From Blepharisma stoltei ATCC 30299 (lineage: Eukaryota; Protista; Ciliophora), in assembly GCA_965603825.1 (NCBI GenBank), contig CBFDEM010000030.1, forward strand, positions 496,001 to 560,000: DNA of 64,000 nt. The letters are read 5' to 3'. The position numbers and the translations under genes were made by a program. Below, piece by piece: positions 50,402 to 63,244 of this stretch. Position 1 is the stretch's first letter. Each line of letters opens with the position of its first letter. The notes beneath the pieces are model-generated. The model searched no databases. It saw only the letters and a program-made list of their open reading frames with translations, and was not told the DNA's origin.

Positions 50402-52081
50402 TTATCCAGCATTAATTCGCATTAAAGACTTGACATCTTTTTGTAATTGCAAAACTGTTTGCAGTTCTATGATACCTTTTTCAAGATCGTTGAGCTGTAT
50501 TTCTTTCGCTTTTATGTCTTCTTCTGCAGTCTCAATAACTCTTTGGATTTCTGGTTTAGCGCTTAGCTGGAAATGGATGCTTTCTAGGCTAGAAGAAATT
50601 AATGGCACTGGAGATTCGTCTGAAAGCATTTCAATGACAGTGCTAAGCTCCACGACTTGATGCTTTAATTTTGATATTGAGTTAAATCACTTCAAAGTTC
50701 TTGATTCATTTTTCAACCCCCTTAGCGTGTTTTCCATCACAAAGAGCCTTAACTCTTTATTAAAGCATTCATTTTTTCGCTCTTTTTCTTCTTTTCGCTT
50801 CATTTTAAGCTCAAAGTCAATTTGTCTTAGCTTTGCTTGTGAAGCGGACAAGGTATCTCTTGTTTCTTCACTATTAGATCCCAAGCTTTCTCTATCATAA
50901 CTGGTCATATCATTTTGCAGTGCTTGAATTTTCAGGTCATTTACATTTTTTTGAACAGCATGAGATTCCAAGGCAATTTTCTGCTGTTTTTCTTCAAGTC
51001 TCTTCAAATTTTGGTTTGCTTTGTGGATATCTTCATCAAGCCTCAAAATATTATTTCTCAATTTTACACGCAACGTTCGCTCTTGTGCTAGCTGTTTTTG
51101 GGTCTCATCAGGTGTCGAAATAATTTTGTATTCATGGTCTTGGAATTTTATTTCGCTATCTTCTGGGACTTCTGGAAGTGGCTGCTTTTCTGTTGTTAAA
51201 TTTGCAGTAGGGCGGGATGGAGGGTGTTGCCGCATCCAAGTGTGCTCAAGGAGCTCTTCAATTGTTATTCTTTCTGCTGGATTTGGCCTTAATAGTCTTC
51301 TAACTAGATCTTTTGCAGCTACTGGGAAGCTTTTAGGGAAGCCTATTTTTACTGCTTTAATTTTGGCGAAGAGCTCGGTTTGGCTTTTTGATTGGAATGG
51401 AGCGTTTCCAGTTAGTAGCTCAAATAATAGAACTCCAAGGTTCCAAATGTCAAGTCTGGTGTCATGTCCGCTCCTATCAATCATTTCTGGTGCTAGATAT
51501 TCCAAGGTCCCACAGTAAGTTGATCTTTCTCCTTCACTGAAGCTTGACCAGCCAAAATCTCCTAATTTAGCTCTCCCATCCCCATCTAAAAATATATTTT
51601 CCGGCTTAATATCTCTATGAATAATTGGCGGATCTCTCGTATGCAGGTATTGCACTGCTAAAGCAAGTTCTCTTAAATATTGAGCAGCTGTCGGTTCATC
51701 AAAGCTTTTTAGTTTCACAACTTTATTGAAAAGTGAGCCACCTTCAGCTAGTTCCATAATCAGATAGAAATTTGTGTCATCCTCAAAGTGATTATACAGC
51801 TTTATGATGTTGGGGTGGTCTAGACAGTACATGATCCTAATTTCTCTTCTCAGCTGCTGAAGCATGTCTTTTGCGATAATCCTGCTTTTTTGTATTACTT
51901 TAATTGCATATAAATTGCCTGTTTCCACATGTCTGACCTTATATACTTGCCCGAATGCTCCTTCTCCTATAGCTTTTCTTGATAAACTCTCAAAATCTTC
52001 GACCCTACATTCACGTTCTTTTCCAGAAGCAGCACTTGGTGAAAGAAAAAGAAGTCTTCGTTTAACTCTGTTTCCATCCAT
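50402..52081 (-). CDS. Aurora-like Ser/Thr protein kinase with C-terminal coiled coil, 559 aa
   Basis: GEGAFG, AIK, QLRREI.I, HRDIKPEN, DFGWS and CGTLEYLAPE motifs; extends through TGA 50687-50689 to TAA 50402-50404. Confidence 0.9.
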
Positions 52082-52096
52082 TTTATATGAAAATAC

Positions 52097-53821
52097 TTAA
52101 TCTAACTTAAACATTTCTCTCATATAAACAACTGTTTGGGCATAAAGATCCCTGCTTTCTTTTACCCCACCTTTAAAAATCAAGTTCAAACAGCCATGAG
52201 GCGTCCCATCAAAATCAGTCATTTTTACGTCAACTCCTAGATCGTGCAGCTTTTCAGCGTATCTATAGCAGTCATCATGCAAAGGATCTTCGCTTCCTAC
52301 AACTATGCGGACTTGATTAAACTGACGGAGAATTTCTGATGACGCAAATAAAGGAGAAATCAAGGGGTCATTTTCTGGGTCATTATTTGGGTCTTTAAGA
52401 TAACAGTTTAGGCAGATTTTTAAGAAGGTATGGGGAACAAGAAGGTCTTCGAGGGAAATTGCAAATGAGGGTGTGAAATGTGTCAATGACAATGATAAAG
52501 CTGGATAGGTAAGCATTAGACCGTCAGGGATTTTTATACCGGCCATTGCCGCTTTGCTTGCTAATGCAGCTGCAAAGTTTCCACCAGCTGAGTCACCAGC
52601 AACAATAATTTGTTGAGGATCTATACCTAATTGAGATTTTGCGTTATCTAAAATCCAGTTATAAACTTGCCAGACATCGTCAATTCCTGCTGGAAATGGA
52701 TGCTGAGGGGCGAGTCTATAGTCTACAGAAATTACAGGAATTTGCAGATCTTTGGCCCATTTTCTAGAATAAACTTGATGGGAAGCGCTTGACATGCTAA
52801 TAAATCCTCCTCCATGGATGTGAAAAATTAGCTTGGTAAATTCTACTGGCAATTCGTAGCCTTCTCTAGTTCTATTTATTATTGATTTTTTGAAGCAGGC
52901 TAATTTTCTATGACATAAGACTCTTACCATGACATAATCACCATGGTTTTTTTCTATCGTAAAATACTTATCCTCACGGACTTTTCTTTCCATTGGAAGT
53001 GTCACGTTTGATACTGTCCTTGGCAAATAAATAACTTTATTTACTTTTATGCTTGCAATCATAAGCTTCATAAAATGTTTAACAATAAAAGAATCAACTA
53101 AATTCCACACAGTTTGTGCAACTTCTAAAGAAGGATTAGCATAAAATAACTGGGTTTTCCGTAACGCTTTTTTTTTAAAAACGTTATAATACATAGCTCC
53201 TAAACCAAGCATGATTTTTCGCTTCATTTTATTTTTCTCTTGAAAACTGGTAGATACAAAAGCTTGGCTAGCCGAAACTTGTAGCATGAATTTTTTATAA
53301 TGTCCTTTTACTTTATTTTTATCATTGTATAAGTGCAAATTTACATAATTTTGCAAATTAGTCCAACGTTCATGTGTTTTTGGCAAGCAAAACAAGTCAT
53401 TTTTATCAACGTTTGGAATATGAGGTAGCAATGTTTCTAATGTTTGGAGTTTTGAATAAAATATCAACAGGTCTCCCTTTTCGTGCTTGCCAAAGGCCTT
53501 TTGTCAGCTTTTCGAGTTTTCACAAACCTTTTCTAAATAAGTTGATAGGCATCCTATAAACAATGAAACTGACGTAGCATTGGCTTCAGGCAATGTTTCA
53601 CTATTTCTCAACTCCTGGAAAAAAGTTTTAAAACCTAATAAAGTTGGTATAATTCCAAGCAGGGAGTGTGGCGCCACTTCAGGAGGGATTAAATGTAACG
53701 ATTCCACACAGCGGTTAATCAAATGTATTGCCTGCTTTATTTCATCTGACAGCTCCATTTTATTAGAATTCTCCAGCTGCTCTAAACAATGAGTTTTTCG
53801 ATTCTTTGGCTTGAAAAACAT
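52097..53821 (-). CDS. hormone-sensitive-lipase-like alpha/beta hydrolase
   Basis: HGGGF, VDYRLAP..PFP, GDSAGG, DPL.DD and HG motifs; N-terminus joined via TGA 53504-53506; start at 53821 (alternatively 53758). Confidence 0.88.
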
Positions 53822-53972
53822 TTCTTGTTTCAAAAGATTATTTACTTATATTTATTTAGAGTAAATTTGGTATTAATTATTTATTTTTATAATTTTATGA
53901 AAATTTTTTTAATGAGGATATTAAAAACGTTTATAGGAAAAACTCAGCAAAAATTAGGCAGATAGGACGGAA

Positions 53973-54722
53973 CTATTTTGATCTGAAGTGCCGTAGAAAT
54001 GACCTTTGGCTTGAGCTTGAAGAAATTGTTCTATTTGCATCATCATTGGTTTTGCTAGATTTTGGATATTGTTGAAAAGAGGATTCAGGGTTGATAGGCA
54101 GGTGGGCTGAGGATTTTGAATCTTGACGGAGCTCGTTTATATATTGAGCAAAGCTTTTGTTTCGCTTAAGAAATTTCTTCTTAGGTGAGTTGCTAATTCT
54201 ATCAAATAAGTGTATATTTTTTACTTCATACCGGCATTTTACAGTTGATTTCGATCTCATATGTGACTTCCCTGCCTTCAGTTTTTTCCCTGGCATCCAT
54301 GAGCTTGAAGTTGACCTCTCAATAGGAGAAAATAAATCAAAGTCAAGTTTCTTCATTTCAAGGGGAATTGAGATCCGCATTCTTTTTTCTCTATTTTCTT
54401 TAAAAGCATGCAAATCCTCTTGTGTTTCTTCTGCTGTTTTAGGTGTTCGCTTAGGCGAAATATTCTGCATATTTACTTCAGGCAGCATTACTTTAATTTC
54501 TAAATCACGCTTTGATTCAGATCTCCTTGGAATTTTTGCTGCAAACTTACAAGTATTAACTCTTAAAGAGCGATGAGATACAACAGAATTGCTTCCAGGC
54601 GAATAAGCTCTTGAATAATTTATTTGGAGAATTTTTAGAGGCCCTTGGACACTTTTACTTCGTTCATGTTGAATTTGGTGTATCCTTATAGATTTCATTG
54701 AATTTTTACTATTAATTAACAT
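53973..54722 (-). CDS. hypothetical basic Ser-rich protein, 249 aa
   Basis: ATG-TAG ORF of low complexity. Confidence 0.7.
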   Translation of the reverse strand: MLINSKNSMKSIRIHQIQHERSKSVQGPLKILQINYSRAYSPGSNSVVSHRSLRVNTCKFAAKIPRRSESKRDLEIKVMLPEVNMQNISPKRTPKTAEETQEDLHAFKENREKRMRISIPLEMKKLDFDLFSPIERSTSSSWMPGKKLKAGKSHMRSKSTVKCRYEVKNIHLFDRISNSPKKKFLKRNKSFAQYINELRQDSKSSAHLPINPESSFQQYPKSSKTNDDANRTISSSSSQRSFLRHFRSK

Positions 54723-54805
54723 TTTAATTATATTTAAAATATTATAGAGAATGCAGCTTGAATATATTGAATAATCAATATTATTTATTCTAAATTTACC
54801 CTAAA

Positions 54806-57800
54806 TTAAGAAGAAGTATTTATACTCCTCATCCCACTTTTAGATCCAGGTGGAGCGAGTTCTTCGCTTTGTTTATCTTTCCATGCCCATTGGTCAGCAT
54901 TAGCAGTTTTATTTGAGCTTAGCCATAAAAGTTCTCCAATACAGGCTTCGATTTTGACTTTAATATAATTTTGGCCAGTCTGATCTAGCACGTCCACCTC
55001 ATTACCAGGCTGGAATTCCCAGCTGCCTAAATCTTCGTCAGAATCCCACTCATTTTCTTGATTCGGTGCTTCACCTTGTGCCAATTTCTGACATTTACTC
55101 AAAAGTATCCTATAAGTTGGCCTTACATATTCTTCAGTTTGCTGCACCCCAGGAGTCTTATAAGTTGTATAAGTCATTTTCATGTTACTGCTGATCCAAT
55201 TGGCAAGCCATGCCATTTCATTAGTCTTTTGCATAATAATTTGCCTAAAAACTTCACTTTTTGAAGAGATTTTGAAAATATGGTAAATTATTTGCTCAAC
55301 GTCAGTGGCATATTTACAAAAAGACATGTTGCGGAATTGGAAGTTTATGAAGTTGTCTATACGAGATTGCTGCAGAGTATCATTGAATAGGACCAATTGA
55401 GAAAATACTCTGAGAAGTTTAGCTTTGGAATAGTATTCGGCTGATTGATAAAGCTTTTCGAGGATTTCAAAGACAGAAAAAGAAGCTTGTGGTTCATCTT
55501 GGCAGAGTTCAGCATAAAGTTTGCCGATGCTGCGGGCTGAAAGCTTGGAATCGACGTCTTTTAAGGTGTTTGAAATCGTATCAGACCGCTTTAAGAAGGT
55601 TTTAGCCTCAAGAGGTAGCTGACTACGAATTTCAAAAAGCAAATGGTATAAATGAGCGCTAGACGCTCCTTTTGCATCAGAGAAAAACATTGACTCTTCT
55701 TTTATATCTTCTTCTGATTTATCATTTTCATCATACCCTAAAAATATATCAAAATAAGTAAACTGTGGAGCTTCAGGTAATTGCAGAGGTTGACGAAGGA
55801 GATGGTAGATTAAAATTTCGATAGTTTTATACTCAAAAATAACTTTTGGAGCTGCAAAAACTGCTTCTTTTAGTACTTCTAAGTATTGTGCATAATTTTT
55901 CGAGTATTTTTTAGTCGCGAAAGGCAAAAGTTGGATAAATCTTAAAAAGAAATTTTCTTTGGCTTCATCATTTACAACCCTCAAGCAGATTTTTATTAAT
56001 CCTACTATCAATTTTCTCATCGTGTGCATAGGATTATTTAATAGCAGTTCTTTGGTTATTTTCTGGACACATATCATTTCTAATACCCAGTTACACAAGT
56101 AATCAGAACCTATAAGAGTTTTTTCTATCCTTTTATAAATACTTACAAGTTCCCATCCTCGCTCTTTTGTTCTGATTAGAATAGTCAGCAAAAATCGAAT
56201 CAAAAATTTATCAGATGTACTATCGATTTCAGACAGTCCTCTAATAAATCTTGAATATTCAGCTCCAAAAATATGCCTAGACCTCCAGTATTTTTGGTTA
56301 GCTGACTTAATCTTTTTGTAATGCTCCAAATCTTCTGCTTCTTTTACAGCCAAACTGATTGGTTCTATATACTCGTCATCAGCACTTCTAGACTTATAAG
56401 TGCCTTTACGTTCATAAAACAGCAAATATCCATTTCCAAACTTTTCCCTCATTCCAGACCCTGGCAAACTTGTATAAGAGCTCCATGAGTATTTTTCTTC
56501 GCCTCCAAAGCACTCATTTGCGATGTCGCCTTCATTGATTTCTGTTACCCATTGATCGTTAAATTCAAACCACTTTTTCTGCTCTAAGTCAAAAATATAG
56601 GAATAATAATGGCCACTTTCTGCAGTGCCTGAATGGATAATGATTCCTCTGAGTTTATAGTTGTAATAGTCATCATTGAATTTTTTATTAGGAACTACAG
56701 TTTCTTTTCCAGCTTGTTTTTCTTTTTCTTTTTCAGCTCTTTCTAATCCTTCTTGGGTGAACGGCTCCATATTAAGCTCCATTGGAAACTCAAAATAATC
56801 ATTTAGCTTCATTCTGGTCATGGTATCAAAGTCAAATTCAAATCTTCTTAAAGCGATAACCAAATAATTTGGCAAATGTTTAACACATACACGACGGACT
56901 GCGCGGACTTTGGCTTCACAGTGATCACATTGATACGCGTTTTCTCCTTCAAGCATTTCACCTGCCACATAGCTTTCTAAACCTTCTATTAAAGATTTTT
57001 TGGTTTTTACCTCGACTGGGATTGATATGAACGGCTCAATTCTTTCGCTTCTGTGGACACAGTCTTTGCCTATAAGCTCAGTCGCCTGAAGCCCTCCAAA
57101 ATGATTTTTTATAGTATTTCCATACTCTGTGCCTTGCAGCTGATTTTCTAATTTATCCATAAAAGAGCCAAAAAATTCGTCAACGTCCATTTGCTCGTTT
57201 GGATTGATAGGGTTTCCATCATAATCTTTAAAAGATTTAGCAAAATTTTTTGTGTTGATATACATTTTGTCACTAGATTTTAAGCCAGAAAAAATATGCT
57301 GAAGCTGGTACAAATTAGATTCTGCTAGAGGTTCTTGGTCAGTCCTGACGTCAGTATTTAAAATTGACTCTCTAAATGTAGAAATCATAAAAAGCTGCTG
57401 AAGAAGCGAGTTCATATAACAAGTACACCCTAGGTTTTTCAGTCCGACATACCCTGTAAGTGATTTTTCTTTGGCGGCTGGAGAATTATTCCAGTCAATT
57501 CTTCTAGAAGTTCTCCATTGTGGCTCCTCATGGAATTTTCCTAAATAATTAGTTAAATCTTCTAAAAACCTCTGACTCTGTTTACAAAGCTCAAGCAGCA
57601 GATCAAAAGTGCAGTTTCTCGTATCAGTGTGTTTGCATTTTGGAGGATTTATGCCATGTCTATCAATTTTATCAGGGACTTCGAATAAGCATTTTTCTAA
57701 AAATAAATTTCTATGCTTTTCTTCAGGCTCTATCCTAGTTTTGCTTCAAGCTGATGTTAGAACTTTCATGATCCCACACAGAACGACGTCTTTTTCATTG

Positions 57801-60800
57801 CTATTTTTTTCTCCTGGCATACACTCGATTTTTACCATTAAAGTTTCAACAGAGTTTTTTAAATGGTCGCCTTCAGGCTCATATTTTTGTATGACTGACG
57901 CTAATAATTCCCAAAACTCTGAAGATTTTTTATGCTCATTGATAGCAGTTTCAGTGAGATTTCAAAGCTCAGCATAAACCTGTGAGAAAATTCCTGAATA
58001 TTCAAAAATTTCTTCTAATAAAGACCGAGATAAGTGGCTGTATTGAGTGTCTGGGCAGTTTATCAAGCAGTCAGCGAAAAGGTTACTTAAAAGCCCATTA
58101 ACAGAAGCCAATAATCCTCCTAAAGCGCCAGCATCATTGTTGTCTATAAGTCTTATAAGTCAGCTCATAGCTTTAAATAGCTCCTCTAAATCAGTTAAAA
58201 TCCCTGGTGACACTATAGATTTGCTGATTAAGCTGAAACTTCCTAATAAAGAGCTAGCAAAATTCCAAGCATCATCTATTTGATTGTGAGATTTTATAAG
58301 GTTTCCTAAAACTATTAGCATTGATGACTCCTTCATCGCAATTAATTTCCCACCTTCTGCTTCTTTTTGGCTATTGAAAATCTGGGTTAAGTATTTTGTG
58401 CCTCCTGCTTTATAGAATTTTTCAGACCATTCTGCATTTCCAGCTAGCTTTAAAATGATATTTAAACAATAAAGCATTTGATGCATAGACCCCATATCAA
58501 TTAACTGTTGCACCGGTTTTTCAAGCCTATTTAAGTCTTCTACAAGTTTTTCATTTATTGGTAAAGCTACCAATAAGCTCCAAGCTAAATCTGAATAATG
58601 TTTATCTGCTTTTGACAGCAATAGAAACAATGACTTTATCAAGTCTTGGTTTTGTGATAAGGCTTGTTTTGCATTGAATTCAATAGGTCCTTCTTCATCA
58701 AAATCAGCAACTAGCCAATACAATTTTAACGATTTTAGCTCAATGTCGTCTTCATAGCTTCCATAGACTTTATCAACAATATGTAATGTTGTCCTTTCTA
58801 AAGGCTGATTATAAGCTTTTGCGACCTCTTTTCTCAGATGGCGAATATTTTTGTTTTGGTTGACAAAAATTTGTTTATAGTCTTTTCCGTGGGTTTCCTT
58901 TGTATATATTGAATAAGTTTTTCCAGAATCATCGTCGTCGTCTTCACATAGTAAATATCGTAATAAAGTAAGCCCTCGCTTTACTAATTGGTCAGACTCT
59001 GAGTTGTTTATAATGGTTTGGAGAAGGGAATTAGTGAAATCGTTAAGAATGGCTCCGGCTTCCATAAGTAAATTTTCGTGGTATCTGGTTAAAAGACCTA
59101 CAAGGAGCTTTAAAGCGTCGTGACTAATATCGTCACTTTTTGCGTTGAGCTGGATTAAAAGAATTTTGTCGATAGCGATTACGTCTTTAGAAAGTCTAGT
59201 TTTGAACCTCAGGTTTGGAGCGTCTATGTTTTTATAGCAATTGTTAAGATTTATAAAGAGCCATTTGAAGCTTTCAAACCCAAGTGGAGTAACATTTTCA
59301 CTAGAAAAGTGACTTTCGTTAAGGAAATTGCTTCTAAATAGCTCTTCTGCAGTTACGGTATTTACTGGGAAACTGTATTTTAAGCCGTGCATTAGCCACC
59401 TATAGAAGATATCAGATTCTTTATTGCCTGAAATTCCTGAATTTATTAAAATTTCCCATAAGGTGCTTAAATGGGCTGAGGTAATTTCAATATTTCTTTC
59501 TGATGAGTAGTATATGAATTCTATAAACAAAAGTCTTTTTTTAATATTTTTTTCATGAGAGTATCTTTCATTAGCTATTTCTCCATTTTTCGCCTTTATC
59601 ATATAAATTCTTAAGCTTTCAATTACTAAATCTCTTAAATTGTTTTGCTGCTCAAGCTTTTGGATTTTATATGATTTTTTGTTTCCTTCTTGATTTCCAC
59701 CTAAAATTCTGATTAACAACTTTAATGCTTGAGGCACTGAATTATTATTCCTTATCAAGCCGATAGCTTTCTTTTTATATTCCTTTATAAGCCTTTTGCA
59801 GCAGTCTAAATTTAAAATATTCCCTAAATATTTTGTAGCAAGTTTACACAAATTTACAGGCGAACTATCCAGCATTAAATTTTCTAAAATACTAATTCCG
59901 TATCATTTCTCATTCCAAGTCTCTTTTTCTTCAGCTGCTTTTGAAGAAGTCATTATAGCGCGTGATGAGAAATCATGGATTAATTGTAAAAACTGCTCAT
60001 CATAATTTTCCAGCTTAACTTTTAAGAAATGTTCAAATAGAAAATCATTTTGGTTTTCATTTAAAAATGGCACAATTTCTACAATAACTGCATAGGTTGC
60101 ACGGATATAAGACTCATGTTTGGACATGGCAGATTCCCATAAAATTTCTAGGTCTTTTCCTTCAAGTCTTCCAAGCCGAGCTAAAAATCTAAGCATAGGC
60201 CCAGATCGTTTGATTAGCTCTATATGTGGCCTTTCAAATAAAATTAAGCTGATAAGGCCTTCAGCAATTAGCCACTCTTCTAGCTCTTTTTCACTGACCT
60301 TTACCTTGGAGTTGTCGAATCCTATAACTTTTCCTTCAATGCTTTCTATGACCAAATTTATTTCTGTTAACCCTTTAATTCTTTTTTCTAAATAATTGCA
60401 TTTCAGCATCTTTAGAAACAGCCCAAGTTTATTATTTTCTAATGCAGGGTTATTGAGTTCTCCTGATAGTTTTCCCATACTGGCAAGTAAATTTAATATT
60501 TCTTCATATTTCAGATCTTTTAATTCGGTATCTGAAATAATTTTAATCCTCTGAAATATCAAACCAGTGAACTCCGTAAAGAATTTATTTGAAAATTCTG
60601 CATCAATAAACTGGTTAATTGCGTACAGCAATATCTGATTAACAAACGTAAAAGGCACTCTTGACTGGTCATTGTTGTTCCTAATAATATCTAATACTGC
60701 ATCAAACCCTCCTATTTTTGCAAAAAGATTTATCAAATATAGCAAAGTTTCTGAATAGTTTGAACTTCTTAAATTTGTTATTGACACTGGCTCATAGTCC

Positions 60801-61453
60801 CCTGGGACTTCGTCATAATATAAGAAAAACTCTGAAACCCTATTTTCCAATGCAAAAAGTTTATTTAAAGTACTCAATAACTCTGGCCAAGCATTAGCTA
60901 ATGCAACCTTACTATCAGTTAAAAATAAATCAGGCTGGGAAAGTCCTTGGTAGTAATATGGGAATAATTTTGGAGCTTCCTTAAGCCATTTTACTATTAG
61001 GCTAATCGTTTTTGAGAAAAGCGACACAGAAATGGGGAGATGGTCTTTATTTGATTTGAAGTCATAAACCAGCAAGTTTTCTATGAAAATAAAGAGCTTT
61101 CCCCTGTAGAATTGGGTGATTTCAAAGGCTGATTCATTTTCAGGGGTCCCTGAGAGTAGGGAATCTATCATTTGATGCATATAATCCATCTCTGTGGAGG
61201 AATATTCCCAGTCGCGGTATGCTTTACGCTTAGGACCAGTGTAGCATTTTGTTTGTTTTCTGAATGGCGCGAGCTTAGAAGTTTTAAATGGGTACGTTGT
61301 ATTCCATTTGTCACCCCACCCATCCATGGTGACTGCAATTGTACGTGAAGGTTGAGAGATACTAATCACTGTTGCCATGCATCAGTCATTCATGCTGTCT
61401 TTAGCATCAATGAATTTTCCAACTTGACACCAAAACGGAAGAGGCTCTGTCAT
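54806..61453 (-). CDS. USP34/USP24/USP9-like ubiquitin C-terminal hydrolase, 2215 aa
   Basis: Continuous frame from ATG 61453 through five TGA codons. LEKRIKGL, PKCK, Cys box GLKNLGCTCYMNSLLQQ, QMDVDEFF, LRRFEFD, His box HSGTAESGHYYS, WFEFND. Confidence 0.92.
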
Positions 61454-61809
61454 AATTATTGTAAACAGATATGGCCAAGTAAAAATGTCATTGATTCTAA
61501 ATTAGTGATATATTTTTATGTTTTATTAGGCATCAAACTTTGAGAATATCGATAATTTAAGATTTTCTTAGAAAAATGATCGATTTCTAAAGAAAAGCAT
61601 AACAAAATATTTAGTCGGAATGTAATTATTTACAACAATTTGATTATCAAAAATAAAGGTATGTTTTTATTAAAAATTTTAGCCTTTCAGAATTAATCGA
61701 TTTATCTAGCTTCATTAACAGCCAAACATCAATAACTTCTTAAATCTACAATTCTTATCTCTATCAGTATTTCTTTCTATCCCAAATAACATTTTCCGCT
61801 ATCTAAATA

Positions 61810-61818
61810 TCCCATAAA
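61810..61818 (+). promoter_or_regulatory. USE/PSE-like element of the U5 gene (TCCCATAAA)
   Basis: CCCATAA core about 55 nt upstream of the predicted U5 start, as in ciliate snRNA genes. Confidence 0.6.
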
Positions 61819-61865
61819 TAATCTCTCACAAAAATGGCTTAAATTAAAAACTCGGACTTTTTTCT

Positions 61866-61980
61866 ATCGCAGGATTCAACTCAAAACGATTTAATCTTTC
61901 GCCTTTTACTAAAGATTACCGTGAGTTGGATCTTAGTTGCGATTTGACACTTTTTTTGTAGGTGACTTTAAGCCACCCCT
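61866..61980 (+). ncRNA. U5: U5 spliceosomal snRNA
   Basis: Invariant loop 1 GCCTTTTAC (61901-61909) in stem AATCTTT/AAAGATT; CCG internal loop; outer stems ATCGCA/TGCGAT and GGATTCAACTCA/TGAGTTGGATCT; U-rich Sm site; 3' hairpin GGTG...CACC. Confidence 0.93.
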
Positions 61981-62089
61981 TCAATTAAAATAACAGAATA
62001 TAAAAAAAATCTCTCTTGATTTATAAGAAATTTCATTTTTATTATGTCTTTTCTTATCCCATTAAACAATATTTTAATATTGTTCAAAA

Positions 62090-62761
62090 ATGAGTAATTT
62101 AGAAGTTCATAGACATCATGCCCATAGAAAATCGTCCAAAAACCACTTCACTTGTGAATTTTGCCATGCCAAGCTTCCAATCGGGACAGAGCAAGCCCAT
62201 CAAGAGCAATGTCCAGAGGTGCAAAGAGTCCTTCAAGAAAATCCGCTTGAAGAAATTTCCTGCGAGCTCTGCGAAGTCGTTTTACCTGTTGACGAAATGA
62301 ACGACCACATATTAGCCCATCTTTTAGAAAATGAGGCCCAACAAGAAGCTCAAAATAGCCAGCAAAGGGAAAATTCTCCTGTAAATAATGCACCTCGAAT
62401 AGAAAATAGGAATAATATGATTGGAATGGACAACACCCAGAGAATAAGAATTATTTTGCAAAACAATGGGAGACCTCGAGGATTTTTGATGATAAATTCG
62501 CCTGTATTTAATAGAGCAGGAGCTCCAAGACGAGTCTACCATAAACCAGTCCAAAGGCCAGCTGATTCTTCAAAAGTGAGGAATTTCCCTGTTTCGAGGT
62601 TTAAATCTGAAGAAAATGTATCGTGCACGATATGTATGGAGCAGATTAAGAAGAAAGAAAAAGTGAAGACGTTGCCTTGCATGCATATTTTTCATCCTTA
62701 TTGCATAGATGAATGGTTATCGAGAAGTAATCAGTGTCCAATATGCAAGTTTCAAATATAG
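62090..62761 (+). CDS. RING-H2 E3 ubiquitin ligase with two N-terminal zinc fingers
   Basis: C-terminal CTIC...LPCMHIFH..CIDEWL....CPIC; N-terminal CEFC...H...C and CELC...H...H. Confidence 0.9.
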   Translation: MSNLEVHRHHAHRKSSKNHFTCEFCHAKLPIGTEQAHQEQCPEVQRVLQENPLEEISCELCEVVLPVDEMNDHILAHLLENEAQQEAQNSQQRENSPVNNAPRIENRNNMIGMDNTQRIRIILQNNGRPRGFLMINSPVFNRAGAPRRVYHKPVQRPADSSKVRNFPVSRFKSEENVSCTICMEQIKKKEKVKTLPCMHIFHPYCIDEWLSRSNQCPICKFQI

Positions 62762-62917
62762 AGAAATACGTAATATAAATGTATGGGTTTAATTGTAAAT
62801 AGATGTATTTTTTTAAAATAAATTGTGCATCGGTTAGTTTACGTCACTTTGCCATGTATTTATATAAAAAGCTCTTATGGTTATATCGTATAAAATCATT
62901 AAATTATCGCGTAAATC

Positions 62918-63244
62918 TTAAACTTCGTTAATTCGTAAATCTGGGAATATTGATTTCTTCATAAAGCTTGATGTAATTAAAAATGCGAGCTCGTTTTCTG
63001 TACGATGAAAGGAAAAACATGTAGAGCGTGATGTACTTGGGGATGAATCCATGTCTTTTCCTGAAGAATTTGTTTTTTCGCTTACCCAGTTATTATATTC
63101 TTGGAATTCTCCATTAGAAGTCAAGCTGATATCGTCGAAATCATCATCGCTTTTTAGCTTTTGAAACTCTGCTTGGCTCGTTATTGTTAGATTCGAGGTA
63201 AAATTAAGCTCACCATGTTCTGTGTTTGATTCACAGCAACCCAT
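62918..63244 (-). CDS. small protein with an MGCC dual-acylation N-terminus, 108 aa
   Basis: ATG-TAA ORF; MGCCES myristoylation/palmitoylation-type start. Confidence 0.6.
   Translation of the reverse strand: MGCCESNTEHGELNFTSNLTITSQAEFQKLKSDDDFDDISLTSNGEFQEYNNWVSEKTNSSGKDMDSSPSTSRSTCFSFHRTENELAFLITSSFMKKSIFPDLRINEV

Noticed and set aside
52082-52096. 15-nt GT-starting spacer as an intron
   Set aside because: Ends in AA rather than AG, lacks A10, and lies after the stop codon.
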